A stretch of DNA of 62,271 bases, the filler included, from Globobulimina sp. (taxonomy: Eukaryota), in NCBI GenBank assembly GCA_003354225.1. It is 32 parts of 32 records of this genome, joined end to end, with 100 filler letters (N's around TTAATTAATTAA, not from the genome) between each part and the next. Parts side by side here need not be neighbours in the genome. Positions count along the whole stretch, not along the records: positions 9,753 to 11,602 come from PIVH01011246.1; positions 11,703 to 13,552 come from PIVH01011247.1; positions 13,653 to 15,502 come from PIVH01011248.1; positions 15,603 to 17,452 come from PIVH01011249.1; positions 17,553 to 19,402 come from PIVH01011250.1; positions 19,503 to 21,351 come from PIVH01011251.1; positions 21,452 to 23,300 come from PIVH01011252.1; 25 more parts are not named here. One strand, given 5' to 3'. Positions within the stretch are counted from its first letter, which is position 1, and every line of letters begins with the position of its first letter. A program made the position numbers and the translations under genes. The notes below the pieces were generated by a model. It was not told the DNA's origin and did no database searches. It saw only the letters and a program-made list of their open reading frames with translations. This document shows positions 10,883-23,400 of the stretch, piece by piece.

Positions 10883-11494
10883 TTATCTCGAAGGCAATTT
10901 CTCTTTAATTTCACCTTCAATCCTATGAAAATAAGTCAATTTCGCCAACAATTCACGAATATTATCATTTTTAGTATTATCCACATTGTCAAACTCCTTT
11001 GCAATTTCCTTTATCAATTTTTTCATCATTTTGGCGTTTTCATCCAACATATTTTGCAAAATATTAACATCTGTGTTTGCCTCAACATTTGTTCGAATGT
11101 CCATGATTTCAAATAAAAAATTTTGATCTGCGATTTGATATTTATCATCAAATAAATTATCACTGTCATTTGCATTAATTAATGACAATAAATGTTGTGC
11201 GCGAAACAAAGGCGATTCTAAAACCGTTCTTGCTGTGTTCAATTGCATTGATATTTTCTCTGCTTTCTTTTGTTCCCTTTCTGTTTTTGTTGCAAATTTA
11301 TCCGGATGATATTCCCTCATTCCTTGTTGGAAATTGCTACGAATCAAAGTGTCCTCAATATCAAATTGTTGCGGCACATTTAATACACGAAAATAATTTA
11401 TTACTTTTGGGGATGAACAGAATTTGTTTGATGATACATAAAATAAAGAATGAGAGCCAGTAATGCTAAAAAAGTATCTATAATGAGGGAGCAA
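10883..11494 (-). CDS. hscB: Mitochondrial Fe-S co-chaperone HscB/Hsc20
   Basis: NYFRVL...FDI, J-domain YHPDKF, LNTA..VLESPLFRAQHLL, FLFEIMDIR, LTYF; presequence-like N-terminus. Confidence 0.9.
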   Translation of the reverse strand: MLPHYRYFFSITGSHSLFYVSSNKFCSSPKVINYFRVLNVPQQFDIEDTLIRSNFQQGMREYHPDKFATKTEREQKKAEKISMQLNTARTVLESPLFRAQHLLSLINANDSDNLFDDKYQIADQNFLFEIMDIRTNVEANTDVNILQNMLDENAKMMKKLIKEIAKEFDNVDNTKNDNIRELLAKLTYFHRIEGEIKEKLPSR

Positions 11495-11803
11495 TCGTTT
11501 GTGAGATGATTTACTTATTTTAGTACTATTGTGCCATGAGTATCGTTTAATGTATTGAGAGGATGTTATGTTCCTATTTTGACGCTTTATCAGCAGTTTT
11601 AGNNNNNNNNNNNNNNNNNNNNNNNNNNNNNNNNNNNNNNNNNNNNTTAATTAATTAANNNNNNNNNNNNNNNNNNNNNNNNNNNNNNNNNNNNNNNNNN
11701 NNAAGTAAAAAAAAAACCTAGTAAGAAATTCCTGTGGTGAATCTTTCCCAACTTCAAAATAGTAAGAAATACATAGAATATATAAAATTATGGACAACAT
11801 AAA

Positions 11804-13258
11804 TTATAATTTAATTGCTTGAGCCTTTAACTTGGCATTATTATCAATCAATTGTTTCCACCAAATACTAAATTCATGTTTCTCTTTAAAAACAGTGGAC
11901 CATTTCTCATAAAAAGGTAACATTAAAACTGTAATAAACTCACAATGTCTTTGATTTATTTTATTTTTATCCTTCTCTCTGTCCATATTTTGTGTAAGCT
12001 CAAACCCCAATTCCTTCTCTTTATCGCCTTGAATGAATCCTTCCTCAAATATCCGTTTTGCCCATACCTCAAATAATGGCCATGCTTTACAGACAGATCC
12101 AATGTCGGCGGCATGTAATCCAATTATCATTACATCCAATTTATATTTAAAAGCACCATCATCGCCATAATCATCTTTGTTGTCATCAGCAATGTCATCC
12201 AATCTCTTCATATGTTCACTATGATTCGCTAAGTCTGTGCCTAATATCATATCATTAAAACATCGCTAACATAAAAAAAAAATATTAATTAATTTAGTTG
12301 ACAGTCGCAGTACAGTACAGACCTTGAAATATTTGACTTTGTTCACATCAAAACCCTGCAAGAAATTATATTTTCCATTTTTAAGCACTTTCATAGTTTG
12401 CGCGATGTACATTTGTTCCAAGATAGATTTGTCCGCATATTTGAGCGCAATTTCATGCTTTGAATTGATTAAAAATTGAGCGTCGAAGCCCGGATGTTTA
12501 TAATCATGGCATATGGCCGTAATTAAAAGCATAATTTTATCGAAATCGTCGATGATTAATTCGCTTTTTATCAAATAATGAAAGGTATTGATCATAACAT
12601 CGGTGGCATGCAATGAAGAATGATATGGAATGTCGAAATATCCCTTTTCCATCACACACACAAAGGATAATAATTTATTTTTATTTAGATTTAAGCTCTG
12701 TGTCACTCGCAATTTGTCAAATAAATAATTAAAGCAAATACATAACGTATAATTTGCTGCAATGTCATATATATCCAAGACATTCCAACCCAAAAAGTCT
12801 GAATCGAGCCCGTTTTGCAATAATTGGATAATTTTTGTTGTTTTGCAAAATTTAAACACTGGAATTAATTCAAGATTGTCCATCATTGACTGCGTTTCAT
12901 TGCTTTTATTTTCTGTGTTATCATTTTGTTGCTGTTGTTGTTGTTGTATTGGGTCTGTTTGCAATCGAGATAAACCACTTAAATTTGGTAAATCAAAGGT
13001 GTTTAAATCAGAGATTGTATCGTTGTGTTCTGCATTTTGTACCGGGTCTGTTTGCAGCCGTGATAATCCACTTAAGTTTGGTACGATGTTTAAATCAGTC
13101 AACGCATCTTCTTCTGCTTCTGGTGGTGGTCCAGATGCGTATTGTTGTATTGGATCTGTTTGTAAACGTAACAATCCACTTAGGTTTGGTATGATGTTTA
13201 AATCAGCCAAATCATCTGCATTGAACGCAACATCGTCGTCCATATTTTCAGCTGCCAT
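11804..13258 (-). CDS. Class I cyclic-nucleotide phosphodiesterase; intron 12266-12322
   Basis: YHSSLHATDV, HDYKHPG, SILEQ, ILGTDL, HAADIGS, QGDKEKELG. Confidence 0.92.
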
Positions 13259-13351
13259 GGTCTAATTGATATGAGTTACTATATTGTTTCTAATATAATG
13301 ATTCCTTGGAAAACCTTTACTGAAGAATCCTCATAACACAGCACCACAAAT

Positions 13352-13552
13352 ATGGCAGGGAACTTAACAAGATTCGAAGTACAACAATTCAAAGAGGCGT
13401 TTGCTTTGTTTGATACAAACAAAGATGGTACCTTAGAACCGGACGAATTGAAGTTCGTAATGAGCGCATTGGGTCAGGAATGCACCGAGGATGAAATAAA
13501 AGATATAATTGATGTGGCAGACGAATTGGGTACGGGACGTGTCGATTTCCCA
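13352..13552 (+). CDS. Calmodulin/centrin-like EF-hand protein, 3' partial
   Basis: FKEAFALFDTNKDGTL..EL..VMSALGQ..TEDEIKDII..AD..GTGRVDF. Confidence 0.88.
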
Positions 13553-13652
13553 NNNNNNNNNNNNNNNNNNNNNNNNNNNNNNNNNNNNNNNNNNNNTTAA
13601 TTAATTAANNNNNNNNNNNNNNNNNNNNNNNNNNNNNNNNNNNNNNNNNNNN

Positions 13653-15502
13653 ATTGAAAAAACATTTTAATTTATGGCTAAAAAGCTTTAAATATCACGT
13701 AAAAATTCGGCAAATTCATTTTAAAATATCAAATCGGCAAAATTTTAAATTAATGAAAAATACATTTTTATCATTTCGGGATTATATTTGCAATGAAAAA
13801 CGGAAACATTTTATAGTAAAACGATTAATGCTATGCAAATACATCCATTTTTGGTTGAAAATGAAACAAAAACAATTGCGACAAAAACAAATACAATTGC
13901 ATGACAAATATAATTATCACATTACAATGAAAGCATTCAAACATTGGAAATATGCGTTGCGTGATAATTTAGTGTCATTTCATTTGTATGAATTTAAAAT
14001 TGGTTATTCACAAACATATTTCTTAGAAATTTGGAGAAATATAAACATGAAAAACAAAATTAAAATGTTTCAAAATGCAAAATTAAGCGAAAAAATGATA
14101 AAATGTGTTGCTGAATGGAGAGGATTTATAAATTTAAAAAATAAGATATCGGAAATACAAGAAATCGCAATCCGATATTATACCATTAAAACATTTAAAA
14201 GTGTTTGGAAAATATGGCAACAAAATTTATTTGATAAGTATATTTTAATTGACTCGCAAAGAATTTTAACATTATTTCATGCAAAATGTCTATTAAATAA
14301 ATGGAGATTTAAAAATAAATCAAAACAAATTTGTCAAACAGCGCAGAACATATTGTATGATTATCAAAGAAAGCAGTCATTATTGCATTCATTCAGTGGT
14401 TGGAACCGGGTTTGTGTCGCAAATAAATATTATAAAATATCGATAATGAGATCAACATTCAAACAATGGACTTTTATTCATGATGACATATTGAATGAAA
14501 AGTATATCACAAATATGAGACGGCAAATATTTTTTGTTTGGTATAATTATACAAAAAATTGTGTCCAATGCGACAAAGAAAAAATAAATGAGATTGAAGC
14601 TAAACAGTTATTAAAATATTTTAAACTGTGGATTAAAGCAAAGCAATTAAAGCAATATTTGTGGAGGATTTATATGAATGCATCGAAATATTATATTAAT
14701 AATTTAATGTTTAAAGGATTGGCAGCTTTTAAACAACATAAAAACTATAAACAGGCACAAAGAAAACAGTTGCAATATGCAATGATTTTGAATGAAAAAA
14801 GATTAAAAAAGAAAGCGATGAAAATAATATTATTTCAATGGAAATACATTAAAAAAGGAAATGAATTTTATGAAACATATGCATTAAAAAAAAAATATAA
14901 TTGTTTTGATGTTTGGTATAAGAAATATAATGAAATTAAAATATTTGAAAACAAATTAGAAATTGGTGAAGCACATTGGAGACAAACTAATTTGCGAATT
15001 GTTGTCAATGATTGGTTGTTATTATCACATCGTTGCAAACAAAATAAAAAATATTTAATGAATGCACAAAATAAATATAATAGAAAACTGTGCAACGTAT
15101 TATTTGTTTTTTGGTATACATTATTTAAAAATGTTAGTGCTAAAAAGCAGAAATTATATCAATTGCAAATATCATGGAATAAAAGAAAACGAAATGAGAT
15201 ATTTAGTTCATGGAATAATACATTTAAAGCAAACTGTCACTATAAATCACATAAAAAGTTACATTGTATCGGATTATGGAAACAGTTGTTTTTGTATCAT
15301 ATTGCGGTCCGATATGAGAGGCAAAAAAATATTAATTTATGTATTAATGTGTTTAATAAATGGAATAAATTCACATTATTAGCAAAGAAACAATATATTA
15401 ACTTGGATGAATTATATTTGATTTTTATTGATTGGAAAAAAGAGAAACTATTAAAAGAATGGAGACGGATTTATTATAAACATCAAAAAGCCAATAGATT
15501 TT
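13653..15502 (+). CDS. Sfi1-like centrin-binding repeat protein, internal fragment
   Basis: Basic helical ORF spanning the contig, with periodic (L/F)xxW motifs (KAFKHWK, STFKQWT, NCFDVWY, NVFNKWN, LLKEWR). Confidence 0.72.
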
Positions 15503-15602
15503 NNNNNNNNNNNNNNNNNNNNNNNNNNNNNNNNNNNNNNNNNNNNTTAATTAATTAANNNNNNNNNNNNNNNNNNNNNNNNNNNNNNNNNNNNNNNNNN
15601 NN

Positions 15603-16821
15603 ATATTAATCTATTTTCATTCTGTTTATTCAAATATTTTTCTACAATCAGCTTTGAGTCTGACTCACTAATTGATTTTTCAACGTTGATTAAGTTGCGA
15701 GATCTTCGATTACCAATCAATCCATAATATGCTCTCAATATATTATGTAATATCTTCATGTCATCTTCATAAAATATTAAAATATGTAATTGTTGAATGA
15801 TTTTGTCAAACAACCTGCGATTTAATCGAATCGACGCATTCCAGACACCGACATAAAACTGACTGAGAGCAGATAAACAATTTCTATCTTGGCACGGATC
15901 AATCAAATCTGCCAACTCAGTCAATATGAAATCAATGTGTTCCATGTTATTTTTGCCTTTGGTGGCAATATTAATCATACTCGTCACTAACAACGGACGT
16001 ATTTTATGCATATACCCACAGTCATTGTCATCATCTCTATATTGTAATATTTTTAATATGGCAAAATAAACATTCTCTTTTTTTATAGCTTTTGGCAATC
16101 CGGATTTGCTAAACGCAGCAAGACATAACGCTGATTTATATAATAATGCATTATTTGATTTGAGCACAGCCATTAATGAAATAATTTGCAGCATGACATC
16201 TAAAGCAAATGCATTGTGTTTATCGGGTTTGTGATTCTCGAAATAATTGGTCATTTTTTCAAGAAATTGTGTGTTTAATATTATTTTTTGAGAGATTTTG
16301 GAGATAAAATGCAATGATAATTCAATTGTATTGGTTTGTTTATTTATTATATCACCAATATTAAATAATGGTTTATCAGCAATTTGTGAATAAATATATG
16401 ATGATTTGGTTTCAATATTCATATTATAAAAATCCATACGAAGTGATTGTGCTAAATAAGTGATATCTAATTTTTTTAAAACTGAATCAATATTTGTATT
16501 TTCGTCACAGTTGATTATGGATAATGGAGCTTTTTGATTTGGAACAAATTGTACAATATCTGTCAAATGTATTGTTAAACTAATTGATGTTCGGTAAGGC
16601 ATTGAAGATATTGATGGTATAACATTTATGACACAGAAATTGGTAATGTTATATTGACTAAGTACCCCATAACCTTTTAATTGTTTCCCTTGAAACATTA
16701 ATCGTTGATATTTGGTTGCAATGCCTGTTTTATCTTGGATTTTCGCTTTTAAATTATGTATTTTATCATTTGGTTGAAAATCTAATGTGAATGTTTTACT
16801 CGTTTGCACAAAGATTTGCAT
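15603..16821 (-). CDS. Ubiquitin-like domain plus alpha-helical (ARM-like) region, 3' partial
   Basis: MQIFVQT..TFTLDF...LKAKIQDKTGI...QRLMFQGKQL...LSQYNI, with no C-terminal GG. Confidence 0.75.
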
Positions 16822-17552
16822 TGTTGGTTTTAGTGCAGGCGCCGGCAAGTTTTTTTATTGTTTTTTATGGTATGCAAGTTTTCGTATACATGTAATGGCT
16901 AAGACAGTGACAGAGATAATCGTTGTAGTTTGCTATGTACATGCTAGATATGCTAACTCATTATTTCAAAATGTGATATCCTGTAATTCAAAATATGTTA
17001 AAACGTGTTAGTTTAAATAAATATTTGCATATCTTGTAAAAAGCAAGAGAAAGTGAAGCAGCCACCACCAATGAGGTCCTTCAGATATATGACATCAATA
17101 TTTCTGTGAAAACAACACATCGATGATACAATACTATCATCGTGTTATTTCCAAAACATTACGAAATACCTCTGCGGTTCTAATAAGAATGTTAGGACTG
17201 ATCAACCTACATCTCATTACCATTGATACTGTTACCTTTCTCTTTTGTTTTGTTATCCATTGAGTAGTATATCGTTTTTTTACACTTATTACCGTCTCCA
17301 TATAAGGAAATGTTCGTAAATTACGCAATTAAAATTAAACCCGTATCAAAACAATATTGGGTATAGTGTGTTTTGTTGAACAATGTCTTATATATTGTTT
17401 TGTAATATTCGTAAAACTTGGACTTTTTTCGCAGTCATTTTAAACAATCATTNNNNNNNNNNNNNNNNNNNNNNNNNNNNNNNNNNNNNNNNNNNNTTAA
17501 TTAATTAANNNNNNNNNNNNNNNNNNNNNNNNNNNNNNNNNNNNNNNNNNNN

Positions 17553-19217
17553 TTATGAGAGAGCAGCGACGATTTCCCTGTTCTTTGAATATATAATTCC
17601 TTTCCAATGTCGCCATATTTAAATAACAAGTGCCCCATATTGATGCTTTTTGATTTTAATTTCAATGCAATTTGACCAATGATCGACGTAGATAATGATT
17701 CGAATATATCCAATCCTTTCAGTAAGTTCTTTGCTAAATGCGTCTGAACAGATTTCTGCAAATATGCCGGCAAAGCATCCATTATCTCTTTCTTATCAAA
17801 CACGAAATTATATTTTTGGTAATATTGAATATGTGTTTTTATAGCTTGGGTCAATTCTTTCCCTAAATTGTAATGACTGCAAAATAGCAGAGCTTCTTCA
17901 ATTTTTTGCTGTTCATGACAATGGACACGGTCTTCATTCAACAAACTTGACAGCATTCCAATAAAATATGCTGAACACAAATAATTTACATAAATATATC
18001 ACGCACTGTACAACAAAAACAGTCATAACGTACCAAAAAACATTGAACCAATTAAAATGCACAAAATCGCAGTCCATTGTTCATATTCATTGTGAGCGTG
18101 TACATCACCTAACAAATAATGTATTTTATTTGTTGACAATTAAAATATACAAACCATATCCAGTCTGTATTGGGATTACATGAATGCAGTTAGTGTTATA
18201 TGTATGGTACAGAGTACAAACCGTAAACAGCGTGACAATGGACCAATAAATTGAGAAAGAATATAATTTAAAATTTGGAATGAGATGCAGTTGCGGATTA
18301 TCTTCTTCTTCTACGATGGAATCAATCCAAGAGTCCATATTTTTGTCATATGTATACCGTCCAATGACGAACCAAAAACAGGCGCAATAGTGAGCTGTCA
18401 GCAACATAAAACAAAGAATTTTAGACAGTTTTAACATACTCCTGGCCTCATATTGTTGCATTGCTTGTTGGTGAAAGTATTTGAACATTTGTAATATACG
18501 AATAATACGGATCAGTTTTATTAATCTGAGGTGACATTATTGCGTATTGTTAACAGAGAATACATATAAAAGTTACCTTAAAATACGAAACAATATTAAA
18601 TATTTGGTAGTTCCTGATAGAATTAACGCGATTAAACTGAATGGAAACGCTGCAAGAAAGTCAATGAAAAACCATGTGGTTAGATAATGCTTGGCAATTA
18701 ATGTCGGTTCGTGAATAACTCGCAGTTTGTCATATTTATCAATGTATGCTGTCTGTATAAAATAAGATATTGTAAAATGAAAGCAAAGCAGTACCAGTAC
18801 TATGGAAGTATAGTTATACGTAACACGGAAATTAATAGCAATATCAAATAATAAGATAGCATCAATACATAATGACACAACATAGACATCGTTATACATT
18901 GAGACAGCACCAACAAAAGCCACAGTGTATGGAGTTTCAATTAAAGTGTAGGCCAAAAGGAAAAATAGCATAACACTCCACATCAAATGAAATCTTCCTA
19001 ATGGTAAAATTATAGGCAATGATATCGTTGAAAATTGATGTATTTTGAGATCTGGTACTTTATGTATAGGTTTTTTTATTGTTGGTGATGATATTATTGA
19101 TGTTTTGAATGTTACACTCTGTAATATTGGGATAGTATCAGCTTCATCGGGCATATCATCCAATGTTTCAGTTAATATGGAATGAAAAGAATGCGTGTTG
19201 TAAAATGAGGAAAACAT
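17553..19217 (-). CDS. Cyclic-nucleotide-binding-domain K+ channel (EAG/KAT/HCN-like), multi-exon, 3' partial
   Basis: HYLTTWFFIDFLAAFP, HYCACFWF, YWSIVTLFT-TGY-GDV after splicing, C-linker LPAYLQ, CNBD start GDIGKELYI..G. Confidence 0.9.
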
Positions 19218-19502
19218 GATGAAGTTGATTGAAACAAAATCTTTTTATAATATTTATTCAGCAGCCAGTCATAATTCAAAAACCACTCTAGCTAACTCAA
19301 AAACCTTGCCAATTGACTCCTGCTAACTAACTTTTTTCTAAGTACTAATACTTAAATACTCAAAAAGCACTTAGTCAATTGCATGCTGGGAGCGTGGATT
19401 AANNNNNNNNNNNNNNNNNNNNNNNNNNNNNNNNNNNNNNNNNNNNTTAATTAATTAANNNNNNNNNNNNNNNNNNNNNNNNNNNNNNNNNNNNNNNNNN
19501 NN

Positions 19503-21351
19503 GTTTTAATGGAAAATGATGATTTAATTGGTACTGTAATTCATCATTTCCCTCAGTTCCAAACACAATCACAGATCGTGGCAGTGATGCAGGCAATTCT
19601 AAGATATTATATTTATCATACATATATTTTGTATACTTATTATATCCCAATGTTAAGAAATGTTTTGGTTTAGAATTATCGCCATTTATTTCTTCTTTTT
19701 CCTCATTTTGCTCGTCCTCTAAATGTGCTAAATCCGAAACAAAACTATAAAAATAATATTTATTCTCAAATCTATGATCATTTGTAACATGTCTTATAAT
19801 ATTTGCATCGATTAATCTGTTACCAATTTGTAATGCTTCTTTTATAGTTGCAGCATATTGCAATTTTATCATCATCTCAACACACTGCTTACCAACGAAA
19901 CACTTCTTATATTTGTTTAAATGCCATTTCCTATCACGTATTTCTAAATTCTCTCTTAATTTCCTTCCTTTTCCCTGCAATTCATCCATTTCAACACTGT
20001 CCACACTCCAACTCATCGCTGGCGGTGACAGCGAAATCGCTGATTGTGCATAATCATCGTTAACAAATCTATAATAAAAATTGCCATTAATAAAACTATG
20101 ATCGTGTTCAACGTGTTCAATTATTTTCAAAGCTATCAATTGATTGCAAAGTGTAATCGCTGCTTTCTCTGTCTCTGCCATTCCTAAATCAATCACAATT
20201 GGGATCGCTTCTGAGCCAACAAAACAGTTCGAATAGGTCTTTAAATGCCATTTTCTATTTTTAATATCGAAATTTCGTTTTAATTTTGCTGCGTTTCTCC
20301 GTAATTGTTGGTGTGTGATGGTTTTGCTATCCTCAATAATATCGGATACCAAACTACTGTGAGTGTGAGTACTGTCATCGTAACCATTGTCTACCACTCC
20401 ATCGTGTTTGTGAATAAATCTGTAATATAAATATGCATCTTCAAATGTTTTATGTTTCCTCTCAACATGTTCAATTATTTTCGTTTTAATTAACCGGTTT
20501 CCTAATCTAATCGCATCGTTTTCATCAATTGCTAATTCTGCATTTATCATTACTTGGATTGCTTCCTTTGCAATGAAACATTCTTTATATTTTCGTAAAT
20601 GCCATTTACGATCTGATATATGCACCAAATCAAACAACTTATCAGCTACCTCCAATTCTAATGTCTTTACCACAGTATTCTTGTCATCACTGTTATTATC
20701 ATTATCATTCTCTATAAACTCAAACAATAAATATTCATTCCCAAAAGGATGTGCTTTCCTTACATGTTTTATTAACTTTTTATCAACCAATCTCTGTCCA
20801 ATTTCAACAGCTTTCTCGCAATCACCAGAAATATTAGTGTCAATCATATATGACACAGCATCACGTGCTATAAAACATGAATTATATGTGTTTTTGAAAT
20901 ATTTACGATGGCAGATGTTTAATGATGACTTAAGTGTATTATATATATCTAAAATATCTCCATCATCATCACCCTCAATTTCGATGATACACTGTTTGTC
21001 GTCGTCATTATCAGCTGACGTGTCATCATTACCCATACCATATTTGATCAATGTTTCTTTAAAAATAGAAGGTGATAAATCCAACAGATTCTCAACATCT
21101 TCGTCTTTGTCGCTCTCTTGTTTACTTGCAAATAAATTAAATTTTTTACTTTTAATGGTTTCAATAAAATCATCAATGCATTTTTCATTGTCCTGCTGGA
21201 AATCGCTGATGTTTTTCATAAAATTTACATCCATCAACAACTGTAATTTAAACTGAGTAAACTCAACAATGGCTAATAAATTCTCCATTGAGTATTCATT
21301 GCATAAATGTTGCATAAATATCTCAAAGGAATCAATGTTACCAATTAAATC
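19503..21351 (-). CDS. RGS-domain protein with four inserted DEP domains, internal fragment
   Basis: FMQHLCNEYSMENLLAIVEFTQFK (RGS N-half); four copies of I.(D/N/H)RK(W/Y)...Y..CF(V/I)...A...G..L....I.HV....F....(Y/F).F. Confidence 0.88.
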
Positions 21352-21913
21352 NNNNNNNNNNNNNNNNNNNNNNNNNNNNNNNNNNNNNNNNNNNNTTAAT
21401 TAATTAANNNNNNNNNNNNNNNNNNNNNNNNNNNNNNNNNNNNNNNNNNNNTAATTCAAATTATTTTGATAAAGATGAAGAAATACTTGCAATGTATCCT
21501 GGATGTAATGAGACCCGAATAATAATTTGTAAAATTTAAATGAAGATTTAAAACAAAGTGACATTTAAAAGCACTCATTTTTGTATTTTTGTTGGTTTCA
21601 GTAATTCGTGGTATAATAATATCAGAAACGAGGATTCACCTCTTTCCAAATGTGCAATGTTTAGACACTCAGTAGTTATCGATCATCTTCCGTCCGATTT
21701 ATTCCGCGAACGAAATAATTAAGAATTGTAAATTCAGACATCTGATGATTCAAAAACGTTGGTAGTCATATATCGGAAAAAAACAAATAATCTCCTTCAG
21801 GATGTGGCAACGTCCATAAATCTAGCTATAGGTTGAAAACCACTTGAAATGAAACGAAACTACGCCAAAAAAGTTAAATGTAAAGTGTATGGCAATACAA
21901 TCAATGGCTAATT

Positions 21914-22895
21914 TTAGTATTCTTTAATGCCGATTTTATTTTTTAATCCATTGGTATCTCTCTTTAATTTCTGAACTTTATTATAAATCTCATAAACGTT
22001 TTTTTTCATTAAAGCTAATTTCTTCCGATATTCTGGTATTTTATTCATAGTCGCACTCATTTCATTTAGTTTTTGTCTCTGCTCTCTATTAAACCATATC
22101 GATGATTTCGAGATAGTCTCCAAAAACGTTTGTTGTCGTGTTCTGATTATAAATAAGTTAATATATAATTTATACACAATATCATTACCATTTTCATTAA
22201 TATCTTAACTGTAATTCTTGAATATCGTCAACCACCGCATTCAAATGTTGTTTTGTTTGCATTACAAATATATCTGACATCACATCAATTGCTTTTAATT
22301 GTTGCTCGCTAAAATTAATTTTAATGTCTTCCTTGGTTTTCAACTGTTCCATCATAAATTGTCTGCGTTGCAACGATACTGTTTGGGACAATAATTTTTG
22401 TTGTTGCAATAATTGAGCAGTGCGACTCGAGACTGATGCACGAATCTCTTTTTTTTTTAATTCATTTCCGCGATTGATAAATTTAAAGGTGATGTCCGAC
22501 TGTTTCTGTTTAAATTTATTGATAGTTTCATCTCCTTTCGTTTTGACCGATCTTTTAAACTTTTGAGCCAATTCCTTGGCATCAATCTCTTGTTTGCCTC
22601 TGTTGCTCTTCGTTTTATCCGTATCTGTGTCTGATGAATGTCCACTTTTCTGTTCAATGTCATGAGGTGTAATATGAACACATTCATACGGCACAATTAT
22701 TCCTCTATTCTTCTTACATACAAAATATTTCATATCCGCAACTTTGCCATTGAATCCCTCGGGATTTGGCTGGTTTGCAGCAACTTCATTTCGTTCCAAT
22801 CCGACCCACAATCCTGTCTTTATTGGCAATAAGGATCCCACAAATTTAACTGTCCCAATTCCTTCAACTGTTTAATTGTTTGTCTATTGTCAGTC
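21914..22895 (-). CDS. CAP-Gly domain protein with C-terminal pallidin/snapin-like coiled coil; spliced, start uncertain
   Basis: GTVKFVG...GLWVGLE...GFNGKV..KYFVCKKNRGIIV; C-terminal IQELQ..RQQTFLETI...KIPEYRKKLALMKKNV..IYNKVQKLK. Confidence 0.7.
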
Positions 22896-23029
22896 TAAAC
22901 ATACATACACGTGCATGGTAAATGAGTGGCATACATTGATTATATTTGAATGTAACACTATCTCCAAAGATACATTTGTAAGACATTGTACTTTAATTAA
23001 TTTAACAGAAAACACCAATTATTCACAAC

Positions 23030-23300
23030 ATGGCACCTTGGAATGTGACACTGGCACACTTGCTAATAGCAGCAACTCTAACCATTGTAAATACATCACA
23101 TAAGCAGCCAATACATAAGTGTGTGCATGATGAGATTTATAAAGCGCAAGAATTACGAGAAACGAAGGTAAAATATGAGGAGCATCCTTATGACAAAACA
23201 ATGTTTAATAAGCGACGATTATTGAGTCCAGCCACAACAGCACCAATTAGAATTTCAGCCTATTACGATCCATTAACAATTTCAACAACATACATATCCG
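23030..23300 (+). CDS. Leishmanolysin (GP63, M8)-like prepropeptide, 3' partial
   Basis: Signal peptide, cysteine-switch-like HKCVHDE, RRLL, PIRI. Confidence 0.6.
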
Positions 23301-23400
23301 NNNNNNNNNNNNNNNNNNNNNNNNNNNNNNNNNNNNNNNNNNNNTTAATTAATTAANNNNNNNNNNNNNNNNNNNNNNNNNNNNNNNNNNNNNNNNNNNN

